Shown here in pieces: positions 14,624 to 27,249 of a stretch of DNA of 64,000 nt. A model generated the notes under the pieces. It ran no database searches and was not told the origin of the DNA. It saw only the letters and a list, made by a program, of their open reading frames with translations. The stretch's first letter is position 1. The number at the start of each line of letters is the position of its first letter. The position numbers and the translations under genes were made by a program. Origin of the DNA: Ophelia neglecta (taxonomy: Eukaryota); the NCBI GenBank assembly GCA_965285935.1, contig OZ260661.1, positions 135,408,001-135,472,000 of the forward strand, given 5' to 3'.

Positions 14624-14912
14624 TTTTTCGACGATGTTGTCACATGTCTGATCACCACCCTGTTTATGCTTCAGTGAGATACACTGCGGCTTAGAAATAT
14701 TGAGGGGTGTTTTTTGTGCGTATTGCTTATAAGGAACACCGTAAAGCATACCTTCATGTATCTGGTGATAAGTGTATTTCGTTACACATCGTGAACAGAC
14801 CGTGACAATGTTTACACTTAAAATAAAGTTTGCTACGGATCGAGGTTGACGAAATGATTGGGCTTGCGTGACACCTTCTCCAAGAAGCCATCTAAAGGAA
14901 CGGGAACCTGAC

Positions 14913-14914
<2 letters not shown>

Positions 14915-14968
<54 letters not shown>
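14915..14968. repeat. (AG)27 microsatellite upstream of CLR2
   Basis: Uninterrupted AG dinucleotide run. Confidence 0.95.
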
Positions 14969-14972
<4 letters not shown>

Positions 14973-16210
14973 GGAGAAATGACCGTTGGTAAACCAGATT
15001 GGGGAACATAACCTTGACACCTGACTTGAATAACCCTCACCCATACTATCTCCATAACCCTTTAATGAACCCCAGCCCCAGCCATAGGCCTTCTCCAGCC
15101 TTAAGGCTTAGACCATCCGATAAAGGTACATGACTCCGCCCCTCCTAGTCTTCACACAACCAATTTTAAGCAATAACCAAAATACGAAAATGTTATACAT
15201 TTCGAACTCTGGAATGTGGCTACCTGTATTTGGTGCTGTGCTTTCTTCGCTGTGCTAGAATAGTAACTAACCTTACTCCAACCACAACTACCGCCTTCCT
15301 CCCCACCCCGCCCGTCTGAAGAAAGTGGGCTCTACTTCACACCTAAAATTCTTACCCACAGTACATCTACATGTAGGCCTTGCATACATGTGTACCATAA
15401 TTATGTTGGGGCATTTGCACACACAAAGATACTTCCTGGTTTCGTAAATATTTATATATATACAAGACACGTTCATAGAAAGTGATTATAATAAACCTAA
15501 CATAAGCTTACATAATAATATGTCAGGGTATTTGATCAGAACAGCTTTTTTAATGTTTGGTACCGATTGTGTCACGTCAACCTCCTACAGACTGGACACA
15601 AACCCATAAGGATAAAGGACATTACAATGCAAATGTCGAAAGTCAACAGGTAAATCCCGTGGGATAAAATACAGATTATATGTAACTGCCATATTTAGAT
15701 AACAATAAACTGATAAAAAAATAATCTATAAAACAAATATAAGTTGCTTAAGACATGTATTAGGACATATATTGGCTTCGGCCATGATCTTCCGCGATCC
15801 ATAAGTTTACTTAGTTTGAATATTATGCACCCAAGAAAACATTTAATGACAAAGTAATTTAAATGAGAAAAGGTGTATTCTTGGAAAGCAGGTACATCTT
15901 ATCCTTAACTTTCATTACATGTGTTCATTCTGATCGACTTTTCATGCATGCTAAACATGTTAAAGCAAGTTATCATGTATAATTGCTAAGCCATTCATCA
16001 TAATTCCAGGAAATGTCTACCATTATTCTACTTAATCAAAACAATCAAATCTCGTTTTGCTCAAATTTCAAAATCCATTTGTAAAGTCACTTGCCCAAAT
16101 ACAGACATACACATTTAGAATCGAACATCACATATGTTATGTCATGTACTTTGGGTGCGAAATAACAAGTTGTTGTATATACAATACAACGACCAGCTTC
16201 TCATATTGTA

Positions 16211-18887
16211 TTATTCAGTCATTATGTTCTTGTATAAAGTATTTTCCACAAAAGTTGTTTCCTCGTTTCCACACTGCTCAGCTGGCATTTTCGTCATTCT
16301 TGGCACTGCGTATACGTTGCTGTCTGATTCCAGTACAGAAGTGCTCGCATTGCGATTATTAACATATACGATATCTGTAGTAGGAGATGGTCCATCGCCA
16401 ACAGTCGCGTAGGCTGACTCAGCAATCTGTGATGGACCTACTGACCCAATCACATTTTCATAGTACAATGTGTCACCCTGCTTTCTTCCACTTATTGTTT
16501 CATCAAAATATATTGGGTTGTTTCCAGCCGCATCTTGTTGGTTATAGTTTTCTGTCGTTTCCTTTGGCTTAGGATTTGCGTCAAACTGTGAACGTCTGGA
16601 GAAAACAATGATAAGAGAGAAACACGTGATTATTCTGAATAGACACATGTTCAGGAGTTTAAATGTTAAGAGGGCCATTTCTATTCAATGCCTAAAAAAA
16701 CCACCGTAAAGGACTGGTACTCTCCTGGAACGAATATCCCGCGGACTAGACTTAGCAACCCTAAGCGCAACACAGAAGTCCGCCGGTGTTTAAACAATAG
16801 CATTTTAGATCCGTCGGTGCAGAAATCACACTATTATGGGGATTTGGTCTACAAATCTTTGGTTATTAATACCCCTGATCACAAAATACATAGGATTTAA
16901 AGTTGGAAGGACCTTTCAGCCAGGGGGACTTTTTAATCTTATACACTGAGTCCGTTTCTATTCAATACACAGAGAAACCGAGTCATAATACCTTAAAACT
17001 TACTGTCATGACTAGGGTCGTGGGAAAAGGTCAGAGCATTGATTCGAATTCATTGTTATACATGTTCTAGTCGTTTTACACAGTTTTCAACTAACCATTA
17101 GTTCAGACACAAATTGATGTTCGGACATTATATGCATATTCATATATATAATATATAATACTTTAACTATAATTATCATATTGTTAGCATATCTTTACAT
17201 GGATCATTTTAATATACGCACCACGCTTCCCCGTATCTTACCTTCGTCTCATCATTAACAGTACTATTATGACTGCTGTTGTAAGAACAAAGAAACAAGC
17301 AACACCCACACCTATACCGATGTTTCTTCCTAGGAGAAAGATGCAATAATTCTGTTAGTTATGTTCAAAATGCTAAAATTGCTGATTTTTATATAATACA
17401 TTTTTTCCCATTTGGTGATCTGTCGACTCCGCAGAGTTATGGTAAAATATTCCATATACACGTCTTATTACCTGATACTGCCATTGTCATATGTCCTGTA
17501 TTGTTTACACCACTGGTGTCCACTGTGGAACGCAGGCCAATATATTCAGTAGTAAATGACAATGTTGCCGGAATGTCTGCAGCACTTGACATCTGCCTGG
17601 TAGCGTTGACGTCAGAAACTAAACGACCTGGATAATAGGAATGGATAGCGAGTTCTATGTTTGGGATTCTTTGAAAATCTCTTTCACGATTAGTATGTTC
17701 CTTTGGCCATGTTCAAGAGAAGGTCACGCAGACGGCCATACGGATTATTACCGGGTTTTTACATATAGAATGACACTGGCCTGTTGTACCAATATCCGGT
17801 GGTATCTACAATTGCGATGTTACATTGCCTATGCTCCATCATTTTTCCATCTGACCATATCTACCTTTTTTTACTTTCTCCCAACGAAATTTGCAAAAAT
17901 TGCAGTCCCTCTTCCTTCATGCATTTCGGTTTGGCAACAATGTGAAAGAATTGTTCCAAAAATGTTCAGTTCAAGGCCAAATGTAGGCGCTTCATTACCG
18001 TCAATTAAACCCGCCTAGCTTTATCGCTCTAACGTGCTTGGCCAATAACATTTCGTAACTCTCATAGACTAAGCAGTAATTTTGTACAAAGTATGCCAAA
18101 GAAATTTCCCTGACCCAAAAACATAATTCAAATAAAATGTTTTCTGTGCGTCAAGTTGTTTTACAGCCATTTTTTGCTTTTTTCATTTCTTTATCAATTT
18201 GACCTTCAACATACACTCCTCTTATTAATTCAGGGCTGAACTGCCATATCAAAAGTACGAATGCATACATTGGATGTTATTATATATGTCAATATTGTTA
18301 GATTTCATCCATACGCTTATCAGTACATGGCCAGGCATGGACGTCGGATTCCTGTCGATTTTTGGGAACCGTACCTGTAATGTAGCAATAGGAAGTGAGC
18401 GCAAAGTAGTCACTACAAATAGTTTCCAGTTTCAGGCATACTTATAATGGCCTTATTGTTTCTGTGCATTGAGGCGTTGCTTAGCCAATACAAATTGACC
18501 CGGTGGCGTCGCGCCCAGCCGCGGTGGGGCTACCAGACAATCTTGTGTCCAAATTCATATGCCCCCTTTTTTCTGTGAATATGGTTGGGGCCAGAAACAA
18601 AACTAGACAACAAAAAGAAAGCCACAAGAAGAAAACTGTATCACGACCTGTTGTATCCGCAAAGCGTGTCTAACATGCGAGTTAGGCTATTTTTTACAAT
18701 GTTGTGATGAACGTGCTATCACGTTCACTACCGCATGATTTTGTCCATAATACTTATTATATACTACCGACCAACGATCAAAATATAGCCAGATTTCGCC
18801 GCCATCTTTATAACACAGTATACACCTACCGAAACTGGTCATCATTAAAGCCGCCAATATTATCGACAGTGTAAATGATTCATTCAT
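16211..18887 (-). CDS. CLR3: CLR2 paralog lacking the lectin domain; predicted 228-aa signal-stalk-TM-tyrosine-tail protein
   Basis: Exons 18887-18830 (signal MNESFTLSIILAALMMTSFG), 17627-17472 (stalk), 17329-17242 (TM), 16595-16211 (tail); 687 nt open frame with canonical GT-AG. Only a frameshifted 3' scrap of CTLD-b remains (~17830-17752, QCNIAIVDTTGYWY..); no recognisable CTLD-a exon. Confidence 0.7.
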
Positions 18888-20099
18888 TTCTCTACTTAAA
18901 ATCTATCCACGATATGGTCACATGCCTGATCACCACCCCGTAGCTGCTGATACACTGCTTAGAACTAAGTAAGGATGCCATTTTATGCAAATTGCCGTCC
19001 AGAGTACAGTTTATGACATCTTCTAAACGGCTGTGAGTGTACTTCGTGACTCATCGTGAATAGGCATAGTAATGTTTTCCCTGAAAGTATTGTTAAAGCG
19101 GATCTAGGTCTAGGGAAGAGAGAGGGAATTCCCCTTTACTAAAACAGCCATATTTTCTGAAGGAAATTACAGACAGCCAACCAGTGGAACGGGGACCAGA
19201 TTGATCGACTATACGCTTTAATATGTCAATGCGGGTACATCTCCATGTAGTACATACGCATATGTGACGCATCATTCAACAGTAAACAGTTTAGACTAGC
19301 TCTACCCTCATTCCCAACATACTTAGCTCTCGACGCATGCCAGAGCAGCATCTCCAATAAACAGCGCAGCCTGTAATAAAGTTGACCTGTGATAAATATG
19401 GACATTATACAGAGTATATTGCGCGTAACAATGATAAATCAACGCAGTTTTATTGTTTACTATCATGATTTTGTAAAATATGCTTGAAGCATGCTTCCTC
19501 GCGGCTAAAAGTACGTGAAATGGATAATTCATCTTGTTTTTATTGAGATGTGGAGTTTTATTCAATTCGTTGTAGATATGGAAACTTTATATGCTGCATA
19601 TTTTATACATGCATATGTTAGGCATGACAAGATATTTGAAGAATGTTCGTTTGTACTGCTACTTGGTATTGGCACATTGCGTTGTATAACAGGGTGGTAT
19701 GGTTTTATACCTCTTCATATATATAGGCCCACGTATGGGAGTATATTTGTGGGGGTAAATTTGTACTGTGTCTTTATGTGTGTGTGTGTGTGCCCGCGCA
19801 CACATTTTACCACGTGATAATGAGCTTGCCTTGCGGCGGGATATGTTTGGTGTTCTGATTCAGACGATCCCATGAGAAATGACTATCTTAAAAGAAACCC
19901 TAGCTTAATCAGTTATGTTTCTTAACCGATAGTTACTGATATTTTGACATGAGACTTAATGATAGTTAACATTCAAATGGTGGTTTAACATTCGAGAAAG
20001 CCAAGATTGGTATAATGATCATCTTAAGTTGACATATTTCTAAATAGGTTTAGTAAAATCAAAGAAAATACAGTGCTATCAATCCAGACATTAAAAATT

Positions 20100-20800
20100 G
20101 ACATATGCACTTTCGCTGATGAATGGATATTTGTGGTCAATAGCCTGACCGCCTATGTGTCCACGTCCATGTTAGACTTACTAGTAAAGCAAAATCGTCA
20201 TCTGCATGTGGTTCAGCTTTCAGTCAGTAGTCCCATTCATATTCAGCTTGATTTAACCAGTACCCGTCGTCCAACGTCGAATTACATGGTAAGTATAGGG
20301 CATGTTTCTTTGCAGTCCTAAGAAGAACAAAGTGCATCGACGCGACAAATAAATCATCGAGAATAATATGTTTAAAAAGTTCCTCCACTGGCGAATATGC
20401 TTTTTGTACCTCCTAAAATGTAAAAATCATTGAACAATTTCGGCCGGGCCAAAGCAGGTTTGCATACTTAGCCGACCATTCTAATTCAATGGGAATTTTC
20501 AGTTACATGTCGAATTACAGCTGCCTTATTTTAAATAATCATGCACAGAAAAACACACCGTCTGCAAGGTAACATATCAATAGACAAAACCATGCTTATG
20601 GGCAATACTTACGAATCTATTAAAGATTAGATACATTGGCTTTTGCAACTGAGCCAAGTGTCGCACTTAGTCTTTAATAGAACTGTTCTGCATCAATAAA
20701 AATTAAATTTATGATGAAAACACGATAACAATGGTTATCAAAGAAATCCCATACGTGTCTACAGTTACTACTTAAGGCTAAAATAAAGGAGATACAGACA
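20100..20800 (-). pseudogene. Decayed partial duplicate of the CLR4 lectin exons
   Basis: 20100-20350 aligns to the CLR4 CTLD-b exon (gtcgatgcac..ggactgcaaagaaac; tggttaaatcaagctgaatat) with stops. ~20760-20800 matches the start of CLR4 CTLD-a (acagttactacttaa.gcta). Confidence 0.7.
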
Positions 20801-21985
20801 CCAGAATAAAGACAATAAAAGTAAATCAGGCAAACTAACTTAACTGTTCATAGAGTAACTCTTTTGTCGCAATTTGTGATTTCGAATATATCAATGATGC
20901 AATGACTCACAACACCACTGCTACATGGGATATGTTATAATCTGTGTTTTGATTTGTGTTTCCTTTACATTCTGTAATATTTTACATAGGTAGCGCATTG
21001 TTTGTTTAAGTTGAATAATATGATGGATCCACGATGTTACTTTTATCATATTGTTACTGATCTAGGCCTGATTGTATTAATGATGCTGTCGAGAAGGATG
21101 ATCTGAATTATATTGTATTGAGAATATTTAGTCTGTGAATATTTGCCTTGAGCCGGTATTAAGCAGTTTCTTTTTTCAAATATTGGGTTCACTGGGTATA
21201 ACAGCGAAGTAAATGTCTGATTAACACAATGTTTCATTTTTGAAAGATATTGAGTGTAAAATCCAAATTTTCTTTGGATTATGCCAAATGTGCAACCAGT
21301 AATGTTGTTGTTCACATAATTGCAACTGATAATTCATGGCAGTGTGAATTAAGAAGGTTATCACAATCAAAGATTATTCTTATTCTTGAGCAATCATCCT
21401 TTTTTTTTTCTTGAGAAGTCATTCAATTGTGTAATTTAAATGAGACAATAAATCTAAAATGAGTCTTCATACTAATAAATAGTGCTGTTTCACGGGTTAA
21501 AGTCCTAAAGTTTCTTAATTGAGTATTCGACATATAATGTATCTAGACTTGCTAGGAAAACAATCGCGAAAGTCTTAGACATAAAGTCAAACATTAAAGG
21601 CCAGTATACATAATATCAGTCAAACTTTACTTTATTTTCATCAATACCCATGCCTTTCTCTGCTCGCAAAAATGTGAGACACTAATATTCATAATTATTT
21701 TATGCTACCAAAAAACATGTCGGACAATCGATCGCCTACATATATTTATTTGTGTTGACTATCTTCCATATCCAGTATACAACAAATAATTTTTAATAAT
21801 CTTACATTCTTAATCTTATGCTGAATGCTTGATTGGCACGGATGGTAATATGTAGTTAGCATAGTCGGGTTCAGTCTTCTTGACAAAACAAGTCTAAGCT
21901 AATTGTGATTTTATTGCTGATACTGCCATTACATAGTTACTGGATCGTTACTAACACTATTTGGCTGTATATTATGTATGACTAT

Positions 21986-24900
21986 CTAATGAGCGCTGTC
22001 ATACATGCTATTATCAACCATACTAGTTTCCTCTTCGTCGTGAACGCCACCCATCTGCGATGTGGAGCTCTGTTCTTTGAGTGTCCTTAAGTTCATATTC
22101 CTGCAAGCGGCACCACAAGCAATAAACGGTTCTTTGTTTGTTTCATATACAGTATTGTCAACCATGGTTGTTCCCACACTATCAGCTTTATTTTCTGAGT
22201 GAGCGATGTATGGAACTACATTAACCGAGTAATCATAGGGGTCGGAACCTTTAAGCTGTGTTTTCAGGTTCGTGTTTGTTACATCAAAAGTTAATACAGA
22301 GGTACAGGTATCATAAAAAGCTTCAGAAGTACAGACTGAGTTTTCTGATTTTGCCGATTCTCGATTTCTTGCCATATTGTCTCGATCGGATACTTTGTGT
22401 TCCTTTTCTAATGAAGCTGTTGGTTTACTTTGGTGTCCTGTTGGTTCTGAGCACCTACAGCATAAAATAGAAGTCTTGTCTAGTTTCATATAAAGGATAA
22501 ACTGTTTGTAGATGGTGTTGCTTTTGCCTTGTTTCTCTGTGATAAAAAAAAAAACATTGAAATTATTAACATTGAAGTTAACGTGGTCATCAATGAAACA
22601 CTATATATATGAAAAGGTAAAAGAGCTGCCAATGGAAACAATTCAGACAAATCATAATTGTTTACTATTTACTGTGGTAGTTCCGACATCTTCAGAAGCC
22701 CCGTTAATTTTATATCTTAAACGTGTCAAGTGACCCAAACCACAGTCTTTAACTTATTAAGCGCCACCCCGTGTACGATATGACTTTGTTCTCAAAACCA
22801 TATGAGAGAACCCTTTTAGGAAGATGCAATCATTATATCTGCTGATATATTGTTTTGTTGAAAATCCAACAGGGGTAATTTACCCATTGATTTATAAACT
22901 TTTATGATTATTCCAGGGTTAAAACTGAACATTCTGGACGACTGTATGATAATTTTGTACAAAACAAATGGAAAATGTTGGCTTTGTCCAACTTGATATC
23001 TGGTAACCAAGGCAACCAATATTCATATTGCTATTTTCATTTGTCTATCCGAAGCCTCTACACCTGAAGCATGTTACATGTAATCTAGAATCAGTTTCTG
23101 AACAATGGCCTTCTTGCGAACTGGCATGCTTTCTGTTATTCCAGATTCTGTTATGCAATGTTCTAAGGTTTCCAAAACTTTCTTCATAATGTCCCAAGGA
23201 AATGGGGGGGGGGGGGGCGGAGGAGCGGGATTGGTATCTGGCAAATTTGGAGCTAGGGACTATACATCGCCACCTTTAACCTATTAACATCATGAACTGC
23301 GGTGGTATTATACTTACATTTTATTTTATACAGTGTGCCAACAAAATTATTAATTCTAGACAAGGGTACCAAAACCTGAAAGATGAAGACCACGGATTCC
23401 CGTATGGGAAGCTCTGAATTATTTTACACATGGACTATTACATTATACTTTTAATTTTACCTTCGTCGTAGGACTCTTATTATAAGCGTAACACCTCCAA
23501 CTAAAAGTAGAAGAAAGCCGGCTGTACCTATGCCCATGCCAATGATCGTTCCTTGGTCTGTAATTATAGAGGCTTTAGTTTTAGTCGTCAAATGTACATT
23601 ATATCATATTTGTGGTCAGATTGAATCGATAAATATTAGGTATATAACGATATACAAATATGGCATTTACCAAAGTGCAGTGAATTATCATTTTTATTCA
23701 TATAGGAACCATCCGTCTTGGTGTCTGTCTTGACTGTTGACATTTCAAGGACGTCCGAAGAAGGTTTATAGGGACGATCTGTCACAGGCGGAGGGAGATC
23801 TGTTTAGGATGGATCTAATTCGTGAACGTTTCCATTTATATTACTAATGGTATTAACCGTAGTAGCACGATTGGTGTTGAATTCTTTTAAACGATACTCT
23901 TCATGCATATATTTGATGCTGAGGAACTCATTAATGTAATCAAGAAAGATTAAAAATCTTGACCACACGTGCCAACCTCGAAAACAAATCATTGACTTTA
24001 TTTGATATTAATGACCACGATTATTGGTTGATGAAGCCGATCCAGATTTATAATTGTGTGATAATTAAGTGAAACTAGTATAGAACAAAATTTTATTATA
24101 TCCAGGAAAATGTGTTTGCCTAACAGTATGATAAGTTTCAAACTAACTCGACTTGCTTACGACTTAAACATTCACATATTCGCAGCATGGCTTAGAAAAA
24201 AAACCTTTGGTAGGAACCTGGCTTCATAAAACAAATGGCTTGATGTATACAATCACGAATTTCAATGCAGGTCTGAGGGCCAGGAGTATCACTAATGAGT
24301 ATAAAAGACGGATTTATTCAAATATTTGAAATGAATATACCTAAGCTATACTTATGAATATTGGCTAAGAACCAGGTTGGTATAAAAGTAATGTTATGAA
24401 TAGTGTTGTTTATCGACCAAGCGACACACATATTCAATCGTTTATAAGTAAGCTTTTCCAAGGAGTTAAAAATCAACTGATTATCTGATTTCTATAATAA
24501 CTTGCTTAAAGAAGACAGCCGCTTTCTACTTCTGACTTTCTTGAAACTGTTTGTATTCCTTTAGTTTCGTGCCTCTTGCTGAAAAGCCAGCAGGAATCTA
24601 TAAGCAGTAAGCCAAACGTATTGATAACATTTTACTAAAGAATTTCAGAATAATAAATCGTTCACTGGCATATTCTTCGCTGACATATCTGGTAGTATTT
24701 CAATATTTAGCATTTGTATGACAACTGAATTATCAGTTATTGTTATATTCTGTAAATCCAAACAATATGTCTTCCAAATTTATCCTCATCTTTAATGAAA
24801 TTTCTCCTGAGATACTAAAAATATATAGGGGTAAGAATCCATAACTTACGCTAGCAATATTAAGCACACAAAGGTTAAATAAATTTCAGTAAAGTGTCTG

Positions 24901-27249
24901 TTCTAAAACCACATTGATCAAAATTTGAAGGGATTTGGGGGTTCCAAACACTTTAATGGTATAACATTTACCCGTAAAAGTATAAGACAGTAATAAAAGA
25001 ATTTAATATCAAAATTTGAATAGATGGGTTAAAAAGGTTAGCGATGTCACTAAATATGTGGAAAAACAAGCCTTTCTTTGCAATACTAAGCAATAGAAAG
25101 CTTTCTCTGAGTGTTGAATGTTGAGGTTACTAAAAGTGGAGTGCGCCCCAGTTTTTCCGGCCACTTTACTTCCTCTTCGTCTAACATCTTTGTCCAAATG
25201 GGTATTGCGGTAATTCATCAAACTATTGGTATTCCAATTGCGACCAATCGCGCTTCTTTTGTTGCATATTTGTATCTGTTCACTTATGAGTATGATTTTA
25301 TTTCTGGTTTCTTGAGGGGTGTGACGTTACACATATTATTTCACAAATACTTCAAGGCAATATGCTTGTGAAATTTATCCAACACTATAAGTATCTATAG
25401 TTACACCACTGACAGCCCCAATGGTTAATCATATTTGGAATTATTCTTCCATAAAGACCGAAATAACAGTTTATGTGCAAGTCTGCATAACAAAAGAGAT
25501 TATTTCGATTTTTTAAAGAACTCCCCATTACTCGATAGCAATATTCCTATATCCCCAGCATATGGGGTGTATACTTTGAGGTTCGTTGGCTTTGTAAGAG
25601 CTTGGGATTTTTTCTGGCTGATTTAAACGGAAGTCACGTAGGTCTGCTGTGAAAACTGGCAGAAAATTCACGGATAAATATTCCACCAATTTATGTAAAT
25701 AAAACTCTCGCCTTGAAGGCTTATCGGATTAAGGATTTCATCCGACTCGAGGAGATTCAAAATACGATCGATGACTTTCATTTTAACTGCTCGTGTGTAG
25801 GTTCTAGTTGCCATATTTCATCTATATCCTCCTTTGAACACTGACTCGTTTATTTTGTAGTCTGACTCGCAAAACTGTTGCCTAGTTATTGCAAGTGAAA
25901 TCTATATTTTTTTCGAACGTTTTATTTTGCTGTTTGGGACCTGGAAATTGATTTATTGGTGATTTGGCCTTTTCTATGAAAGGGAAAATATATATGGAAA
26001 AATTTATGGAAATTGCAAACCTTCTATTTGATTTTGTTTATAGTTTTAGTTATGGAATATTAAAGTATCACACCTATTGGAAAATGTATAAATGGTGGGC
26101 TAGACATGGTTGATGTGAGTAATTAAATTAATTAAAGAGTTTTCATATTAGTGGTCTGAATTGACAGGTGGTCTGACTATAGAAGTGATCTTTAAGGCAG
26201 ATTTCACTGTATAAACAAATGAACTTTTCAAACATTTATCATTCCAGACAGTGTAAAGTTTATCGACCATTGTTTTATAAATGCTCTTACCTGATATTTC
26301 ACATATGAAGGGATTTCTGCTCCCATCAACTTTACGACGACTGTACCATATGCCCGTTAAACTACCTGATAATGTTATATCGTCACCGGTTTGCGGCTCA
26401 TCTGCCTGCCAGTTGTTCCATTGGTATTGAGCTTGAGTTAACCAGAACCATCCGTCTTGCCTCGAACTAGGGTCAGTAAAGGAAACGTTTCTTTGCAGTC
26501 CAATCCAAAAAAACGTGCATCGACATGACCGCTAAAAACCATCAAGAAAATATACTACAAAAATCGAGTAATGCTCCTATTGTTATCCTCTGAAATAACA
26601 ATCTAAATTAATGGCATCATACATGCATTTGGGATATTATCAATGGGAATATTCTGTAACATGCCAACACATCAATTAATTTTTAATGAACGTGTACAGA
26701 AAGATGCAAAGACCGCAAAGTTACTTATCAGTAATTAATCACTTTGCGCTTTGAGATAATACTTACAACTCTTCTATCACAAATCTCGATACATTTGCAT
26801 TTGCTATTGACGCAAGTGTCGCATTCATCCTGTTACAGAAGTCTGCAGCTTTATCATAATGTACCATTTCGATGAAAGCACGATAACAATGATCATCGAA
26901 GTCAGTCCATCCTTCTCTACAGTTACTACTTAAAGCTACAGTAAAGGAGAAATCTAGCATATAACATGGATGCTAATTTCGCACTATAGCATCGACAAAA
27001 TCAAATAACCCACAGCATATCTTCAACGATGATCAAGGCTATTTGATTAAATTGCGGCTTTGCAAGATGGTCAAGTACATTGATAAAAGTGTCGTACATA
27101 CTTGCACGTTAAAATGACCTACAAGATTCGGCTCGGTAAATCAGAAAAAATAGAAAAACAGAGGCTTAAGCCCAAAAACAATGACACTTACCAAAACCTG
27201 TCTGAGATAGAACTAGCCATATTAACAACACTGTCGACAATACAATCAT
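21986..27249 (-). pseudogene. CLR4: CTLD receptor whose two lectin exons are out of phase (frameshifted, or lectin-less ~250-aa isoform)
   Basis: Exons 27249-27192 (signal MIVLSTVLLIWLVLSQTGFG), 26935-26767 (169 nt) and 26531-26291 (241 nt), which sum to 410 (not a multiple of 3), 23799-23671 (stalk), 23557-23461 (TM), 22454-21986 (tail with two MVDNxxY motifs). Non-lectin exons are intact and in phase. Confidence 0.72.
25150..25630 (+). mobile_element. Degenerate Penelope-like retroelement reverse transcriptase fragment in a CLR4 intron
   Basis: Translations HQTIGIPIATNRASFVAYLYLFTYEYDF and KRDYFDF..NSPLLDSNIPISPAYGVY resemble the PLE RT core (QxxGIPMGTNCAP) and thumb (KRDDFxF..FP.LDSNIP.SPAYGVY) motifs. 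The element may extend 5' to ~24100. Confidence 0.7.

Noticed and set aside
14549-15055. 168-aa ORF with an SL repeat
   Set aside because: Chance frame through the (AG)n microsatellite; only its final part is the real CLR2 signal exon.
12240-16570. TRAF-binding PxExxE motifs in the CLR2 (PAEQCE) and CLR3 (PKETTE) tails
   Set aside because: The motif is very short, not conserved between the two paralogs, and is the TRAF6-type consensus whereas the linked gene is TRAF3-like.
23804-23806. Apparent premature stop in the CLR4 stalk
   Set aside because: A phase-1 acceptor (ccatcctaaacag) lies just after it, so the TAA is intronic.
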